Part shown: positions 35,087 through 45,719 of the stretch, piece after piece
Layout: the number at the start of each line of letters is the position of its first letter
Numbering within the stretch: position 1 is the first letter of the stretch
Virus record (IMG/VR): IMGVR_UViG_3300015371_000001
Coordinates: 32,001-96,000 of that record
Reading direction: 5' to 3' (one strand)
DNA from: a virus
Length of the DNA: 64,000 bases
Position numbers and translations under genes: made by a program
Notes under the pieces: generated by a model
What the model was told of the DNA's origin: nothing
Database searches by the model: none
Seen by the model: only the letters and a program-made list of their open reading frames with translations

Positions 35087-38000
35087 ATGGCTGTCGATGC
35101 ACCTGGTGGAGATCGCCTTTACAAGGTGATCTACCAGGCCATTGCCGACTACTCGAAGTTCTTCCGCGAGACCGACAAGGCCAAGGCTCGGCTCAAGGAG
35201 GTCGGCAAGGCCGAGACGCAGGAGTCGCAGACCGCCACCTCGGCTAACAAAGAGGCGGAGAAGTCCACCACCTCGCGCTCGGACGCAGTCAAAGAGCTTC
35301 TGAAGAACATTCAGGACCAGAACGCTGCGACCAAGAAGCTGAGTGATGCCGATAAGGACCGGTCCCGGTCGGCCCAGCTTGCCGCCCGCATGGAGGACAA
35401 GCTGGCGGGGTCCCGCGAGAAGGTGGCGCGGGCGAACCTCGGGCTGTTGAAGGCGACCCAACAGCTACAGGTGGCGCAGAAGAACTACAACGACTCGCTC
35501 AAGACGGATGACATCGACAAGCACCACGCTGCCATCCTCCGGCTGAAGGACGCCGAGCTTCAACTGACGACGGCGACCAGACAGGTGTCGTCGTCCACGC
35601 TCCAACTGAATGACGACATCAAGCGCGTACGAGGCGGCGGCTGGGGCTCCTTTTTCAAGGAGATGGTCGGTGGCTTCGGTTCGATCTCAGCGGCGGCGGA
35701 GGACTTCCACGTCGTTATGGAGATCTTCAAGGAGCCGGTGCTGATCCTCGGTATCCAGGCGATTTTGGCAGCAGTCAACTCCCTGGCAGCCGGTCTCTTG
35801 AGCCTCGCTGGAGCGGTAGGTCCTGCTGTAGGAGCCCTAGGCACTTTGCCTGGGGCTTTTGTCGGTCTGGCCACCGTGATCGGTACCTTCACAGCCGGTC
35901 TCTCCGGCGTTGGTGAAGCCCTCAAGGCCCTGGGTGCGGCGCACGACTCGGCGGCGGCAGACGCCAAGGCTGATGCTCAGGCCCAGCAGCAGGCGGCGGA
36001 CCAGGTCCGGGCGGCTCAGGAGTCGCTGGCAGCGGCGCGGAGGACGCTGTCGGAGACCTACATCTCGTCGGCTGAATCGATCAAGTCGGCTGAGGAGCAG
36101 GTCGCTGCGGCGCAGCAGTCGGAGAAGGACGCTCAGGAAGCCCTCACGCAGGCCCGGAAGGACGCGGCTCTTGCCCTTCAGGATCTACGTGACCAGGTCG
36201 AAGGGCTGCGGCTCTCAGAGGAGCGCGCAGCACTGAGCCTGCGAGAGGCCCGACGCCGGTACATGGAGGTGCTGAACGACCCCAACTCCACCCGGCTGGA
36301 CATCGCTGACGCGGCTCTTGCTGTACGTGAGGCGGAGTACTCGCTGGAGCAGGCTCGCAAGGATGCGAAGCGGTCGGCTCAGGAGCTTCGCGAGGAGGAG
36401 AAGAAGGGGGTCAATCAGAGCGACGAGGTCGTCTCTGCTAGACAAAACCTGAAGGACGCAACCACCAACCTGGCGGACGCTCAGCAGAATCTTGCCGATA
36501 CACAGAGGCAGAGCGCACAGGCGATCAAGGATGCTCAGCGTGGGGTCAAAGACGCGGCACACGCTCTAACTGAGGCGCTACAGGCCCAGCAGGACGCCAC
36601 GGCTGGGCTGTCGACCAGCCAAGAGGCCCTGAAGCAGGCGATGAAGGACTTGTCGCCTGAGGCCCGGAAGTTCGTACGCGAGCTATACCGGATGAAGCCG
36701 ATTCTGGTGGACATCCGACAGGCGGCTCAGAAGGGGCTGTTGCCTGGGCTGGGGGAGGCCCTTGAGCACCTGAAGCCCTTGATCCCGACTGTCAAGAACG
36801 CCCTTCATGACATGGGCGAGGTGCTGGGGGACCTGGCCGTCAAGGGCGCGAAGATGGTCTCGTCCGGCCCGTGGCGACGAGACTTCAACCTGATCCTCCA
36901 GGACAACCTGGACTTGGTCGAGAAGTCTGGTACGGCGTTCTTCCAGATCGCTGATGCCTTCCGCCGTGTGGCTGTTGAGGCTCGTCCTCTGACCCATTGG
37001 TTCGGCGAGCTTATCGAGCAGTTTGGTGACTACATCGCCAAGTCGGCCAAGGTGAATCAGAAGAACGGCGATATGGCGGCGTTCTTCGAGCGGACCGAGG
37101 AGGTCCTGACCACCCTCGGTCACATCCTCAAGAACCTGGGTGAGATCTTCCTGGACGTTCTCGGTGCCGGGTCCGAAATGGGCCAGGGGCTCCTGGAGTC
37201 CTTCGACAAGCTGACCAGGAAGTGGGCTGACTGGACTGGCTCGATTGAGGGCCAGCACGCCATCGAGCACTGGTACGAGGAGTCGAGGCCGCTCCTCATC
37301 GAGATCCTGAAGCTGGTTCGTGATCTGGCTGCTGGGCTGTTCGAGGTCGGCGCGCACTCGGACATGACCAAGTTTGTTCACTTGATCCGAACCGAGCTAC
37401 TGCCAGCCGTTCTGGAACTGGCTCACCATGTGACCGGCGACCTGGGCGAGGCCCTGGTCCACCTGGCCACCGAGTTCGTCCACTTGTTCGACGTACTGGC
37501 TTACAGCGAGAACCAACTGTTCAAGGCGCTCGATGTCTTTACTGACTTCCTTCGAGTCATCAACTTCCTGATCGACAAGGTCCCGTTGGCGAAGCAGGCC
37601 ATCGGCATCTTCTTCACCGCCGTGGCGACCCTAGCGGCGCTGAAGCTGGTCGGTCTGCTGACCGGCTTCAGCAACTTGATCCGATTCACCGGGCAGCTTG
37701 GTGTCCAGGCCGGGTCGACTGGAGCCCTGACGCGCTACACCGACGGCTTGATCCTGATGAAGGACAAGGCGGTCCAGTCGGGCAAGGAAGTCACCGCTGC
37801 GTACGACACCATTAACAAGAAGGCTGTGGCCCTTCGTGGTGGTGCCGCGCTCCTCGGTGGGGCTATCGCGGCGTTGGGCACGCAGTTCGCCGGAACCCAG
37901 AAGGGGTCTCTGGCCACAAGTGCCAACGTGGCGTCTCAGGCCGTCTCTGGAGCCTTGCTGGGCTTCTCGGCTACCGGAGGCCCGTGGGGTGCTGCGATTG

Positions 38001-41000
38001 GCGCAGGAGCCGGTTTGCTGGCTGGGCTGGCGAGCGCCTTCCTGGATTCCAGCGATGCCGCTGACGAGGCGTCGGCGTCGGTGGGTGACTACACCAGCAC
38101 CTTGAACCAGATGAATGGGGCGGTCACTCAGTCGACCCGAGATCTGGCGGCTCAGAAGTTGCAGGCGCGCGGCACTCTGGACGCCGCTGACGAGCTTGGT
38201 CTGTCAACGCAGAAGTTGACTGACTTGGTGTTGAGCGGAGGCAAGGCGTATGACGAGTACGTCGCCAAGCTGGACAACCAAATCAATGCGCTCGACCAGC
38301 AGCGTGATGCCTTGGAGAACGCTGCCATCTCGTCTGGCGAATATAACGAAAAGAGCCGGGAGCAGCAGGATGCGCTCTCGAAGCGGATCGATCTTCTGAA
38401 CGATGTTCGGGAGGGGCTGACTGGTGAGCGCAATGACCTGAAGGACAGTGCAGATGCGCTGGACCAGAAGCGAGAGGCGACTGAGGATGACACCAACGCG
38501 CTGAAGGAACAGCGCGACATGCTCAATTCCGCCAAGGACGCGATTCTTGATTACAACAGCGCGCTCCTTGACGGACGAGGCAACGAGCGCGCCTACCAGC
38601 AGGCGATTGACGATGCCCGTAAGTCGCTGAAGGAGAACGGCGCGACGCTGGACTCCAACACGCAGGCTGGTCGTGACAATGCCGATGCATTGGACAACCT
38701 GGCGCAGACAGCGAAGGAATACCTCAACACGCTTCGGACCAAGGACCCCGACAAGTTCCTGGCGCAGTTGAAGGAGTCCAAGAGGCAACTTTATGAGACC
38801 GCCGTCAACTTCGGCATGGGCGAGAAGGCAGCGCACAAGTACGTCAACGAACTGCTCCACATCAAGCCCAAGGTCAAGACGGACCTGTTGTTCAACGCCA
38901 AGGACGCGATCTCCAAGGTCAAGAACTTCTCGAAGTGGTACAACAACCTCGATAAGCACAAGAAGTTGTTGGTCGATGTCTACCTTCGGCGTCGTGACAT
39001 CGCTACTCGGGTCAAGATCGCTGCGAACCCTGAGGCGTTCCATGCTGAGGGTGGCTACATCTCGGGACCAGGGACCGGCACTTCGGACTCGATTCCGGCT
39101 CGCCTGTCCGACGGTGAGTACGTCGTCAACGCCAAGGCGACACAGGCCAACCTCGGGCTGTTGGAGCGGATCAACAGTGGCCGGGGTAAGCGGTACGCCA
39201 GAGGTGGCAGGGTTCAGCGTTTCGCCACAGGCGGGATGGCGCAAGGGTGGCTTCAGTTCTTCGGCCTGTCGGCCAACTTCGGTGGGCTGGAGGCTGTCGC
39301 GCGAGCGGCTGCCCGGTCACTGAGCGGCGCGTTCAACTCGGTGAAGATCAAGAGCTTCCTGGCCGAGCCCATGAAGAAGGAGATCGGCAAGGTCAACGAG
39401 ATTCTGAAGCGGTTTAAGCCTCAGAAATCGTTCGAGACTCCGATCAAGGATGCGATCCGTGGGGTTAAGGAAGCCTTCAAGGGCTTCAAGATCAAGGATT
39501 GGGTCAACCGTCCGCTCCTTGAAGTGGCCAAGGATCTTCGGACATTCCTGAAGAATACTCTCAGTTCGTTCAAAGACAACGTTCGAGACATTAAGCAGGC
39601 CCTCGGCGACTTCAAGCCGAACGACTGGATCGCCAAGTCTCTGGACAACATGGTCGATGCGACCGACCGTGCGATGGACAAGATGCTGGACGCCTTCCAG
39701 CGAGGGACCGACAAGAGTGAGGGTGAGTTCGACCGGTTCTCCACCCAACTCGACCGGACCTGGACGCAGATCGAACGCTCCTTCGACCAGAGTCAGACCC
39801 AGATTCTCAATGGCTTCCAGCGCTTCGCCACCGGGTTGGGCAATACCTGGACCAAGATCCAGCACGAGATCGGTACGCCGGTCGCCTTCGTGGTCAACCG
39901 GATCATCAACGCCGGTCTGATCGGCCACCTCAACAAGATCCTCAAGCAACTGAACCAGAAGCAGTTGAACCCGAGCGGAGAGCTTCACTTCGCCCGAGGC
40001 GGTCACGTACCTGGGACCGGTAACAAGGACACCGTCCGGGCACGGCTCATGCCGGGTGAGTTCGTGCTGCGAAAGAAGGTCGCTCAGAAGATTGGGCGGA
40101 AGCCTCTGGAGTCGTTGAACGAACACCCATCGGGCGCTGGCGAGTGGTTTGGTCATGGTGGTCGGCCACGCCGATACGCCAAGGGTGGTCTGGTCAACCC
40201 GCACGGTAGGACCTACATCGACGGCGAGGCGCTGACCCGTCTGAGCGCGGCGATGATCCACTTGGGCGCTCGTATTCGGCATCACCCGTTCCACGTCATG
40301 CAGGGATCGTGGTCGACCTCGGTCGCAGCTTCCGGATCGACTCACGCAGGTGCCGGTGCCGCCGACGTGTCACCGTACGGCCTGTACGACGCGCTGGCGA
40401 TGCGGAAGGTCGGTTGGGCGGCATGGCCACGGAGCCCGAGTCAGGGTCCGTGGGGCTATCACATGCACCAGATCTCCCGGCTCGACACTGGCCTCAGCGG
40501 CGCGGCGCGTAGCCAGTTGTCCGAGTACAACCGGGGCTATGACGGCCTGGGCGCACGCGACCCGATCAAGCACCCGCCGCTGCTCCCCAACCTCCAGGAG
40601 TTGCTGGGTGTCAGCCTCAAGAACCTGAACCTCGGGGCGTTCACCTTCATCGACTACGCGCAGCAGTTGACCGACGCCTTGGAGCCGCTGCGTGACTCGA
40701 TGGCGGAGCACACCGACGGCGCTCCGCTTGGCAACTTGATTGCCGGTGCCGGTGGCTACGTCATGGACAAGGCCATCGACTTCATTCAGAAGCTCCAGGG
40801 CAAGGTCCAGGGCACCGGCTTTGGGCCAGGCGGCGGTCAGATCGGACCAGGTGGCGTCAAGGCGTACGCCAAGAGCCTGTTTGGCCGATACCATTGGGCT
40901 CCCTCGCAGTTCCCGCCACTGAACAAGTTGTGGATCAGAGAGTCCAACTGGAACTACCGGGCGACCAACCCGTCCAGCGGTGCGTACGGTATCCCGCAGT

Positions 41001-42943
41001 CGCTCCCTGCTGAGAAGATGGCGTCGGCTGGAGACGACTGGCGGACCAACCCGGCGACTCAGATCCGGTGGGGTCTCGGGTATATCCACAACCGGTATGG
41101 CACACCGACGAGGGCGTGGGCGCACTCACAGGCGACTGGCTGGTATGCCAAGGGTGGTCGCGTACGCAACCGTGGCGTGGACGCGATGCTCACGCCAGGC
41201 GAGTTCGTGTTCAGCCGGAAGGCCACGAAGAAGATCGGTCGGCACCGGCTGGAGGATCTGAACGACGGTCGTATCCGCTTCCACGAGGGCGGCTACGTCA
41301 AGGGTCTGCACAAGGGCGCGAAGGGTAGCTCGGTCAAGGCGCTGGAGGCCCAGAGCTTCTGGCCCATCGACGGGCGTTGGGACGCTGGGCTTGACCAGTA
41401 TATGAAGCACCACACGCCTGGACCCTGGCCTCGGAAGTTCGGCCTGTCGGACCACATCAGGCATTTCTCCGGCACTAAGACGTTGAGCCGGTTGATCAAG
41501 TACCTCAAGGGCAAGAAGGTCAAGGTCACCGGCCAGCACTTCCACGGCGCTCGGTCGTTCGCTCAGGTGTCGAAGCACTCGAACCTGTCCAAGGAACTAC
41601 TCGCCCGGTTGTACCTGACCAACAAGAGCTACTTCGATCTCTTGGACGAGTCCAAGGCCGCTCGTTTCTTGCAGGGCGTACGCGGCTACGCCCATGCACA
41701 CGCTGGGTTGAAGCAGTTCAAGAACCTCAACAGCACCATCCCTGGCACTCACAAGTCGGTTCGTGAGGCGTCGCACCAGATCCGGGACTACCTCCGGTCG
41801 GCGCACACCACCAACGTGCCTCGCAGTGTCAAGGGCGGCGGCACCATCTGGGCAGCAGCGAAGGCTCTCGGTGTTCCGGCCACGTTCCTACACTTCGTCT
41901 GGGGAGCGGGCCAGAAGAAGCTCCGGCGTGAGTTGCCTGGCGACAAGCGCTCTGGTTTCGCGAAGTCCAACGCCGACTTCCTGAAGCAGGACAAGGCGTG
42001 GATCAAGGTCCTCCAGGGCAAGTTGGGTATCAAGCCAACGTCCGGCGTGTGGACCAAGACGATGGCGAAGCCGGTCAAGCACATGCTCGATCACGCCTTC
42101 AAGCGCAAGCACGGTCGATTTGACCCACGCCCGTGGGACCCGAAGTCGGCGACAGAGAACGCTCTGCAACAGCAGATCAAGGCGAACAAGAAGCAGGAGG
42201 AGTTCAACAACGCCATCAACATCATCGCCAGTTGGGGTCTGACTCACCTGCTGGAGCACCTGTTGGAGCTTGGTGTCGACGGCGGCTACAAGCTGGCCAT
42301 CGACGCCTCGAAGAACAAGAAGCTGGCTACCGAGCTAGACGGCCAGATTGCCCGTGGCGAGTTGCTGACGGCAGAGCAGATCGCCAACACCGCGCGCTTC
42401 ATCGCCGCCATCGTCAACCACCCGAACCCACAGCCGGGGTTGCGGGACATGGCCAACGCGCTTCAGCTTCCCGACTACGCGGTGTACCAGAACTACCTCG
42501 CTGGTCAAAAGACGATTGAGAAGAACGTTCCAGCCGGGAAGCTGGCCAAGCTCAAGAGCGACATCGCGCTGTTCGGTCAGGGTCTCTTTTACGCACGGCG
42601 TGGTGGTGTGGTGCCTCGGTACGCCAGGGGCGGCTCGGTACCGGGCAGCGGTTCAGGCGACACCGTCCCGGCGATGCTGGAGCCAGGCGAGTTCGTTCTG
42701 CGAAAGGACGCTGTCAAGCGCGTCGGCCTGGAGAACCTGTTCCGGATCAACGACCCACAGAAGTACGCGATGGGTGGCCTGGTCGGCAACGAAAAGCTCA
42801 AGACTTCTCGCACTCCCGGCTCCGGCAAGAACATCACCATCACGACCACGATCAACAACCCGGTCGGTGAGAACAGCGTTGCGAGCTTCAACCGGAACCT
42901 GCGCAACAAGGCAGCGATGGGCGTGTTTGGAGCGAAGAACTGA
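35087..42943 (+). CDS. Tape measure protein with peptidase-like and lytic transglycosylase-like domains
   Basis: 2618 aa, helical and coiled-coil; RESNWNYRATNPSSGAYGIPQSLP; THAGAGAAD..HMH; repeated GG.V.G.G..D.V.A.L..GEFV. Confidence 0.9.
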   Translation: MAVDAPGGDRLYKVIYQAIADYSKFFRETDKAKARLKEVGKAETQESQTATSANKEAEKSTTSRSDAVKELLKNIQDQNAATKKLSDADKDRSRSAQLAARMEDKLAGSREKVARANLGLLKATQQLQVAQKNYNDSLKTDDIDKHHAAILRLKDAELQLTTATRQVSSSTLQLNDDIKRVRGGGWGSFFKEMVGGFGSISAAAEDFHVVMEIFKEPVLILGIQAILAAVNSLAAGLLSLAGAVGPAVGALGTLPGAFVGLATVIGTFTAGLSGVGEALKALGAAHDSAAADAKADAQAQQQAADQVRAAQESLAAARRTLSETYISSAESIKSAEEQVAAAQQSEKDAQEALTQARKDAALALQDLRDQVEGLRLSEERAALSLREARRRYMEVLNDPNSTRLDIADAALAVREAEYSLEQARKDAKRSAQELREEEKKGVNQSDEVVSARQNLKDATTNLADAQQNLADTQRQSAQAIKDAQRGVKDAAHALTEALQAQQDATAGLSTSQEALKQAMKDLSPEARKFVRELYRMKPILVDIRQAAQKGLLPGLGEALEHLKPLIPTVKNALHDMGEVLGDLAVKGAKMVSSGPWRRDFNLILQDNLDLVEKSGTAFFQIADAFRRVAVEARPLTHWFGELIEQFGDYIAKSAKVNQKNGDMAAFFERTEEVLTTLGHILKNLGEIFLDVLGAGSEMGQGLLESFDKLTRKWADWTGSIEGQHAIEHWYEESRPLLIEILKLVRDLAAGLFEVGAHSDMTKFVHLIRTELLPAVLELAHHVTGDLGEALVHLATEFVHLFDVLAYSENQLFKALDVFTDFLRVINFLIDKVPLAKQAIGIFFTAVATLAALKLVGLLTGFSNLIRFTGQLGVQAGSTGALTRYTDGLILMKDKAVQSGKEVTAAYDTINKKAVALRGGAALLGGAIAALGTQFAGTQKGSLATSANVASQAVSGALLGFSATGGPWGAAIGAGAGLLAGLASAFLDSSDAADEASASVGDYTSTLNQMNGAVTQSTRDLAAQKLQARGTLDAADELGLSTQKLTDLVLSGGKAYDEYVAKLDNQINALDQQRDALENAAISSGEYNEKSREQQDALSKRIDLLNDVREGLTGERNDLKDSADALDQKREATEDDTNALKEQRDMLNSAKDAILDYNSALLDGRGNERAYQQAIDDARKSLKENGATLDSNTQAGRDNADALDNLAQTAKEYLNTLRTKDPDKFLAQLKESKRQLYETAVNFGMGEKAAHKYVNELLHIKPKVKTDLLFNAKDAISKVKNFSKWYNNLDKHKKLLVDVYLRRRDIATRVKIAANPEAFHAEGGYISGPGTGTSDSIPARLSDGEYVVNAKATQANLGLLERINSGRGKRYARGGRVQRFATGGMAQGWLQFFGLSANFGGLEAVARAAARSLSGAFNSVKIKSFLAEPMKKEIGKVNEILKRFKPQKSFETPIKDAIRGVKEAFKGFKIKDWVNRPLLEVAKDLRTFLKNTLSSFKDNVRDIKQALGDFKPNDWIAKSLDNMVDATDRAMDKMLDAFQRGTDKSEGEFDRFSTQLDRTWTQIERSFDQSQTQILNGFQRFATGLGNTWTKIQHEIGTPVAFVVNRIINAGLIGHLNKILKQLNQKQLNPSGELHFARGGHVPGTGNKDTVRARLMPGEFVLRKKVAQKIGRKPLESLNEHPSGAGEWFGHGGRPRRYAKGGLVNPHGRTYIDGEALTRLSAAMIHLGARIRHHPFHVMQGSWSTSVAASGSTHAGAGAADVSPYGLYDALAMRKVGWAAWPRSPSQGPWGYHMHQISRLDTGLSGAARSQLSEYNRGYDGLGARDPIKHPPLLPNLQELLGVSLKNLNLGAFTFIDYAQQLTDALEPLRDSMAEHTDGAPLGNLIAGAGGYVMDKAIDFIQKLQGKVQGTGFGPGGGQIGPGGVKAYAKSLFGRYHWAPSQFPPLNKLWIRESNWNYRATNPSSGAYGIPQSLPAEKMASAGDDWRTNPATQIRWGLGYIHNRYGTPTRAWAHSQATGWYAKGGRVRNRGVDAMLTPGEFVFSRKATKKIGRHRLEDLNDGRIRFHEGGYVKGLHKGAKGSSVKALEAQSFWPIDGRWDAGLDQYMKHHTPGPWPRKFGLSDHIRHFSGTKTLSRLIKYLKGKKVKVTGQHFHGARSFAQVSKHSNLSKELLARLYLTNKSYFDLLDESKAARFLQGVRGYAHAHAGLKQFKNLNSTIPGTHKSVREASHQIRDYLRSAHTTNVPRSVKGGGTIWAAAKALGVPATFLHFVWGAGQKKLRRELPGDKRSGFAKSNADFLKQDKAWIKVLQGKLGIKPTSGVWTKTMAKPVKHMLDHAFKRKHGRFDPRPWDPKSATENALQQQIKANKKQEEFNNAINIIASWGLTHLLEHLLELGVDGGYKLAIDASKNKKLATELDGQIARGELLTAEQIANTARFIAAIVNHPNPQPGLRDMANALQLPDYAVYQNYLAGQKTIEKNVPAGKLAKLKSDIALFGQGLFYARRGGVVPRYARGGSVPGSGSGDTVPAMLEPGEFVLRKDAVKRVGLENLFRINDPQKYAMGGLVGNEKLKTSRTPGSGKNITITTTINNPVGENSVASFNRNLRNKAAMGVFGAKN

Positions 42944-43821
42944 TGGCGACGATCAACAACAGCGGCTACACGGTGGACGGTACAACGTTGGACACCTACG
43001 CCTTCAACGTGGTGAACCGAGCCGCGTCTTGGATCACTGCGGCCCGTCGAGGCGAGGGGCTGGCGATGGCCGGTATCGACGGGGAGCTAGCTCCGTATGA
43101 CCCGCCGTACGAGCCGGGGATGATCAATTTCACGATGTGGGTCGTCGGAGCCAATGAGAACGGCACGTTCCCAGCCGACCGACGGGTACAGATCCGGACC
43201 AACATCTCCAAGCTGATGGCGCTGTTCACCAAGACGTATGGCCTGCTCACCGTGCAGCGCATCGATGCCGGTGTAGCCACCAAGCAGTGTCAGGCACGGT
43301 TGGTCGAGGCCATCGACTTCGAGTCACAGGCAGGCGGACAGCGGGCGGAGTTCGCTGTGTCGCTGTCCATCCCGCGTACGTTCTGGGAGGACATCAACCT
43401 GGTGTCGCAGTCTCAGACGTTCTCTGGTGCGTCCCCCCAGACCCGGTCGTACTCCAGCTTCGCCGGAGGCGAGGCGCACATCACCGATGCGAAGTACTCA
43501 CTGACCTCCAGCACCGGCATCACCAACCCCCGGATCACCGACGCCAGGGGACTCAACTGGATTCAGTACAACGGCACTGTCTCTGCCAGTGAAATCCTCA
43601 TCATCGACTGCGGTCTCAGCACCGTGAAGAAGGGGCCGAGCGCCAACCCCAGCGCGGCCACCAACGTGATGCAGAACGTCACCAGAGCCGGGTCGGCGTA
43701 CCTGTTCGCAATGCACACCGATAACACCGGGGCTGCTTCCCCACAACTCACTGTCAGTGGAACCGGTAGCCCTACGAGCACCGTGCAGATCGACGGTCGC
43801 CGTAAGTACCTGGTCGCATAA
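42943..43821 (+). CDS. Distal tail protein (Dit-like)
   Basis: 292 aa, coupled to the tape measure stop; beta-rich. Confidence 0.7.
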   Translation: MATINNSGYTVDGTTLDTYAFNVVNRAASWITAARRGEGLAMAGIDGELAPYDPPYEPGMINFTMWVVGANENGTFPADRRVQIRTNISKLMALFTKTYGLLTVQRIDAGVATKQCQARLVEAIDFESQAGGQRAEFAVSLSIPRTFWEDINLVSQSQTFSGASPQTRSYSSFAGGEAHITDAKYSLTSSTGITNPRITDARGLNWIQYNGTVSASEILIIDCGLSTVKKGPSANPSAATNVMQNVTRAGSAYLFAMHTDNTGAASPQLTVSGTGSPTSTVQIDGRRKYLVA

Positions 43822-43833
43822 GGAAGGAAACTC

Positions 43834-44457
43834 ATGGCTCTGTGGTACCGCTCAGCACCGGGGAAGATGCTGAACAAGGAGATCGACTTCGACTCCGACA
43901 CGATCAAGGCGACGCTTCACACGTCGACCTACACTCCGAACCGGGCGACGCACGATTACGTCGATGACCTCACCAACGAGTTGGCCACCTCAGGCGGTTA
44001 CACCGCTGGAGGCGTGACGGCAGGCACCAAGACTGTGGTCACGACCGAGGCCAACTCGTGGGGCACGGTGCATACGACCTCCACCGTGTTCACCGTCGAC
44101 TACGTCGTACGCCCGAGCGTGGGCAACGGCTTCCTGTACCGCTGTGTGGTTGCCGGTACGTCGGCATCGTCGGCTCCGACCTGGCCTACAGTCATCGGCA
44201 CCACGGTGACTGACGGCACGGTGACGTGGGAGTGCGTGGGCCGAGCCATCTGCGTCATTGACTGCGCTGACTTCACCTGGAGTACGGCGACCTTCACCGG
44301 GGCGCGTTACTGCGTGATCTCCGACCGGCAGACCGGTGTCAACAGCACCTCTCCGCTCATCGGACTGATCGATTTCGGTACCGACAAGGCTGGTGGCGGC
44401 GGCAACTTCACAGTTCAGTTGGACGGTCAGGGACTACTTCAAACCTTCATCGCGTAG
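43834..44457 (+). CDS. Minor tail protein with small carbohydrate-binding-like insertion
   Basis: DFDSDTIKATL..GGYTAGG; YRCVVAGTS..PTWPT..TVTDGTVTWEC. Confidence 0.7.
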   Translation: MALWYRSAPGKMLNKEIDFDSDTIKATLHTSTYTPNRATHDYVDDLTNELATSGGYTAGGVTAGTKTVVTTEANSWGTVHTTSTVFTVDYVVRPSVGNGFLYRCVVAGTSASSAPTWPTVIGTTVTDGTVTWECVGRAICVIDCADFTWSTATFTGARYCVISDRQTGVNSTSPLIGLIDFGTDKAGGGGNFTVQLDGQGLLQTFIA

Positions 44458-44467
44458 GAGGTTGGAG

Positions 44468-45718
44468 TTGTTCGAGGAGATCCGGATTCAGAAGCGTCAC
44501 ATCCTCAATCACGTTCCTGGCGCAGGCGACAACGAGGTTGGTCTGCCAAGCGTCGATGTGATTTGGGGCGAGACGCTTCGCCGTCAGTACGGCGTTGCGG
44601 CGCACGTCAACTTCCAGACGAGCGTCTATCAAAACGTGGGTGCTGGCGGTTGGATCGACATGCTCTCGGACATGAACGGCTACTACTTCCGTTCGCTGTA
44701 CTCACAGTCGCTCTCCAACAACCCGACAGCGATCAGCCGCGCTCGTACCAAGAACGTCAAGTGGCTGATGACGGTCGCAACCTCGGACTTCACCATGTCC
44801 GGCTCGGAGATCCGGCAGCGTATTCAGCACATTGCCGCCAACGCTGCCGATGTGTGCGTCGCTGTTGAGGGGATCAATGAGCCGAACAACACCAACGACG
44901 CTAATTGGGCAGACAAGACGGTGAGCGCACAGGCGGCGATCTTCGATGAGGTCACGTCCACTCCGGCGCTGTCACACGTCATCGTGATCGGTCCTTCGCT
45001 CCACGCCACGATCAACAGTGCGCAGCAGGACCACATCACGCTCGGCAACAAGGGCATTCAGAACTACTTCCACCAGGCTGGTCTGCACCGATACAGCGGG
45101 GCTCGCGCTCCTAACTACCTGATCGATGAGCGGCTGGGTTGGATCGCCACCTATTGGGACCACCCACCGGTCTGGGTGACCGAGACCGGGTACACCAATG
45201 CGGTCAATGAGTCGGTCGGTCAGACGCCGATCAACGAGGGAGGTTCGGACAAGTACGCGATCCGAAACGTCACGGAGTACTTGGCACGTCCAGCGGTTTC
45301 ACATGTCACTAGGTATGAGTTCCTGGACGATCCCAACCCGGCGAAGGACGACTCGGAATCCAACTTCGGCTTGGTTCGTACTGACGTTGTCGGCAACACC
45401 TCGGGCTGGACGTTCAAGCCGGAGTACAGCACGATGCAGGACTTCCTGGGGACTCTGAAGGACACTGCTGGGAGCTATGCGCCTCCTCCGATCCCGCTTC
45501 AGGTGACGGCTGGCGCGAATGAGATCGACTACATCGTCACCAAGACGACGACCGGCCACAACTTCTTGTGGGTGTGGCGTCCCGACACCACCGTGTGGAA
45601 CATCAGCACGCTGGCCAACATCTCTGTCCCGAGCATCCCGGTGACGTACACCACGCAGCTTGGCACCTTCCAGGTGAACGTCGCTGGAGCCGCCGTGAAG
45701 GTCGACTTGGGGTTCTGA
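44468..45718 (+). CDS. Clan GH-A glycoside hydrolase-like tail-associated protein
   Basis: EGINEPN acid/base and PVWVTETGY nucleophile motifs; ESNFGLVR; AGGAGG SD before TTG at 44468. Confidence 0.75.
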   Translation: MFEEIRIQKRHILNHVPGAGDNEVGLPSVDVIWGETLRRQYGVAAHVNFQTSVYQNVGAGGWIDMLSDMNGYYFRSLYSQSLSNNPTAISRARTKNVKWLMTVATSDFTMSGSEIRQRIQHIAANAADVCVAVEGINEPNNTNDANWADKTVSAQAAIFDEVTSTPALSHVIVIGPSLHATINSAQQDHITLGNKGIQNYFHQAGLHRYSGARAPNYLIDERLGWIATYWDHPPVWVTETGYTNAVNESVGQTPINEGGSDKYAIRNVTEYLARPAVSHVTRYEFLDDPNPAKDDSESNFGLVRTDVVGNTSGWTFKPEYSTMQDFLGTLKDTAGSYAPPPIPLQVTAGANEIDYIVTKTTTGHNFLWVWRPDTTVWNISTLANISVPSIPVTYTTQLGTFQVNVAGAAVKVDLGF

Positions 45719-45719
45719 C

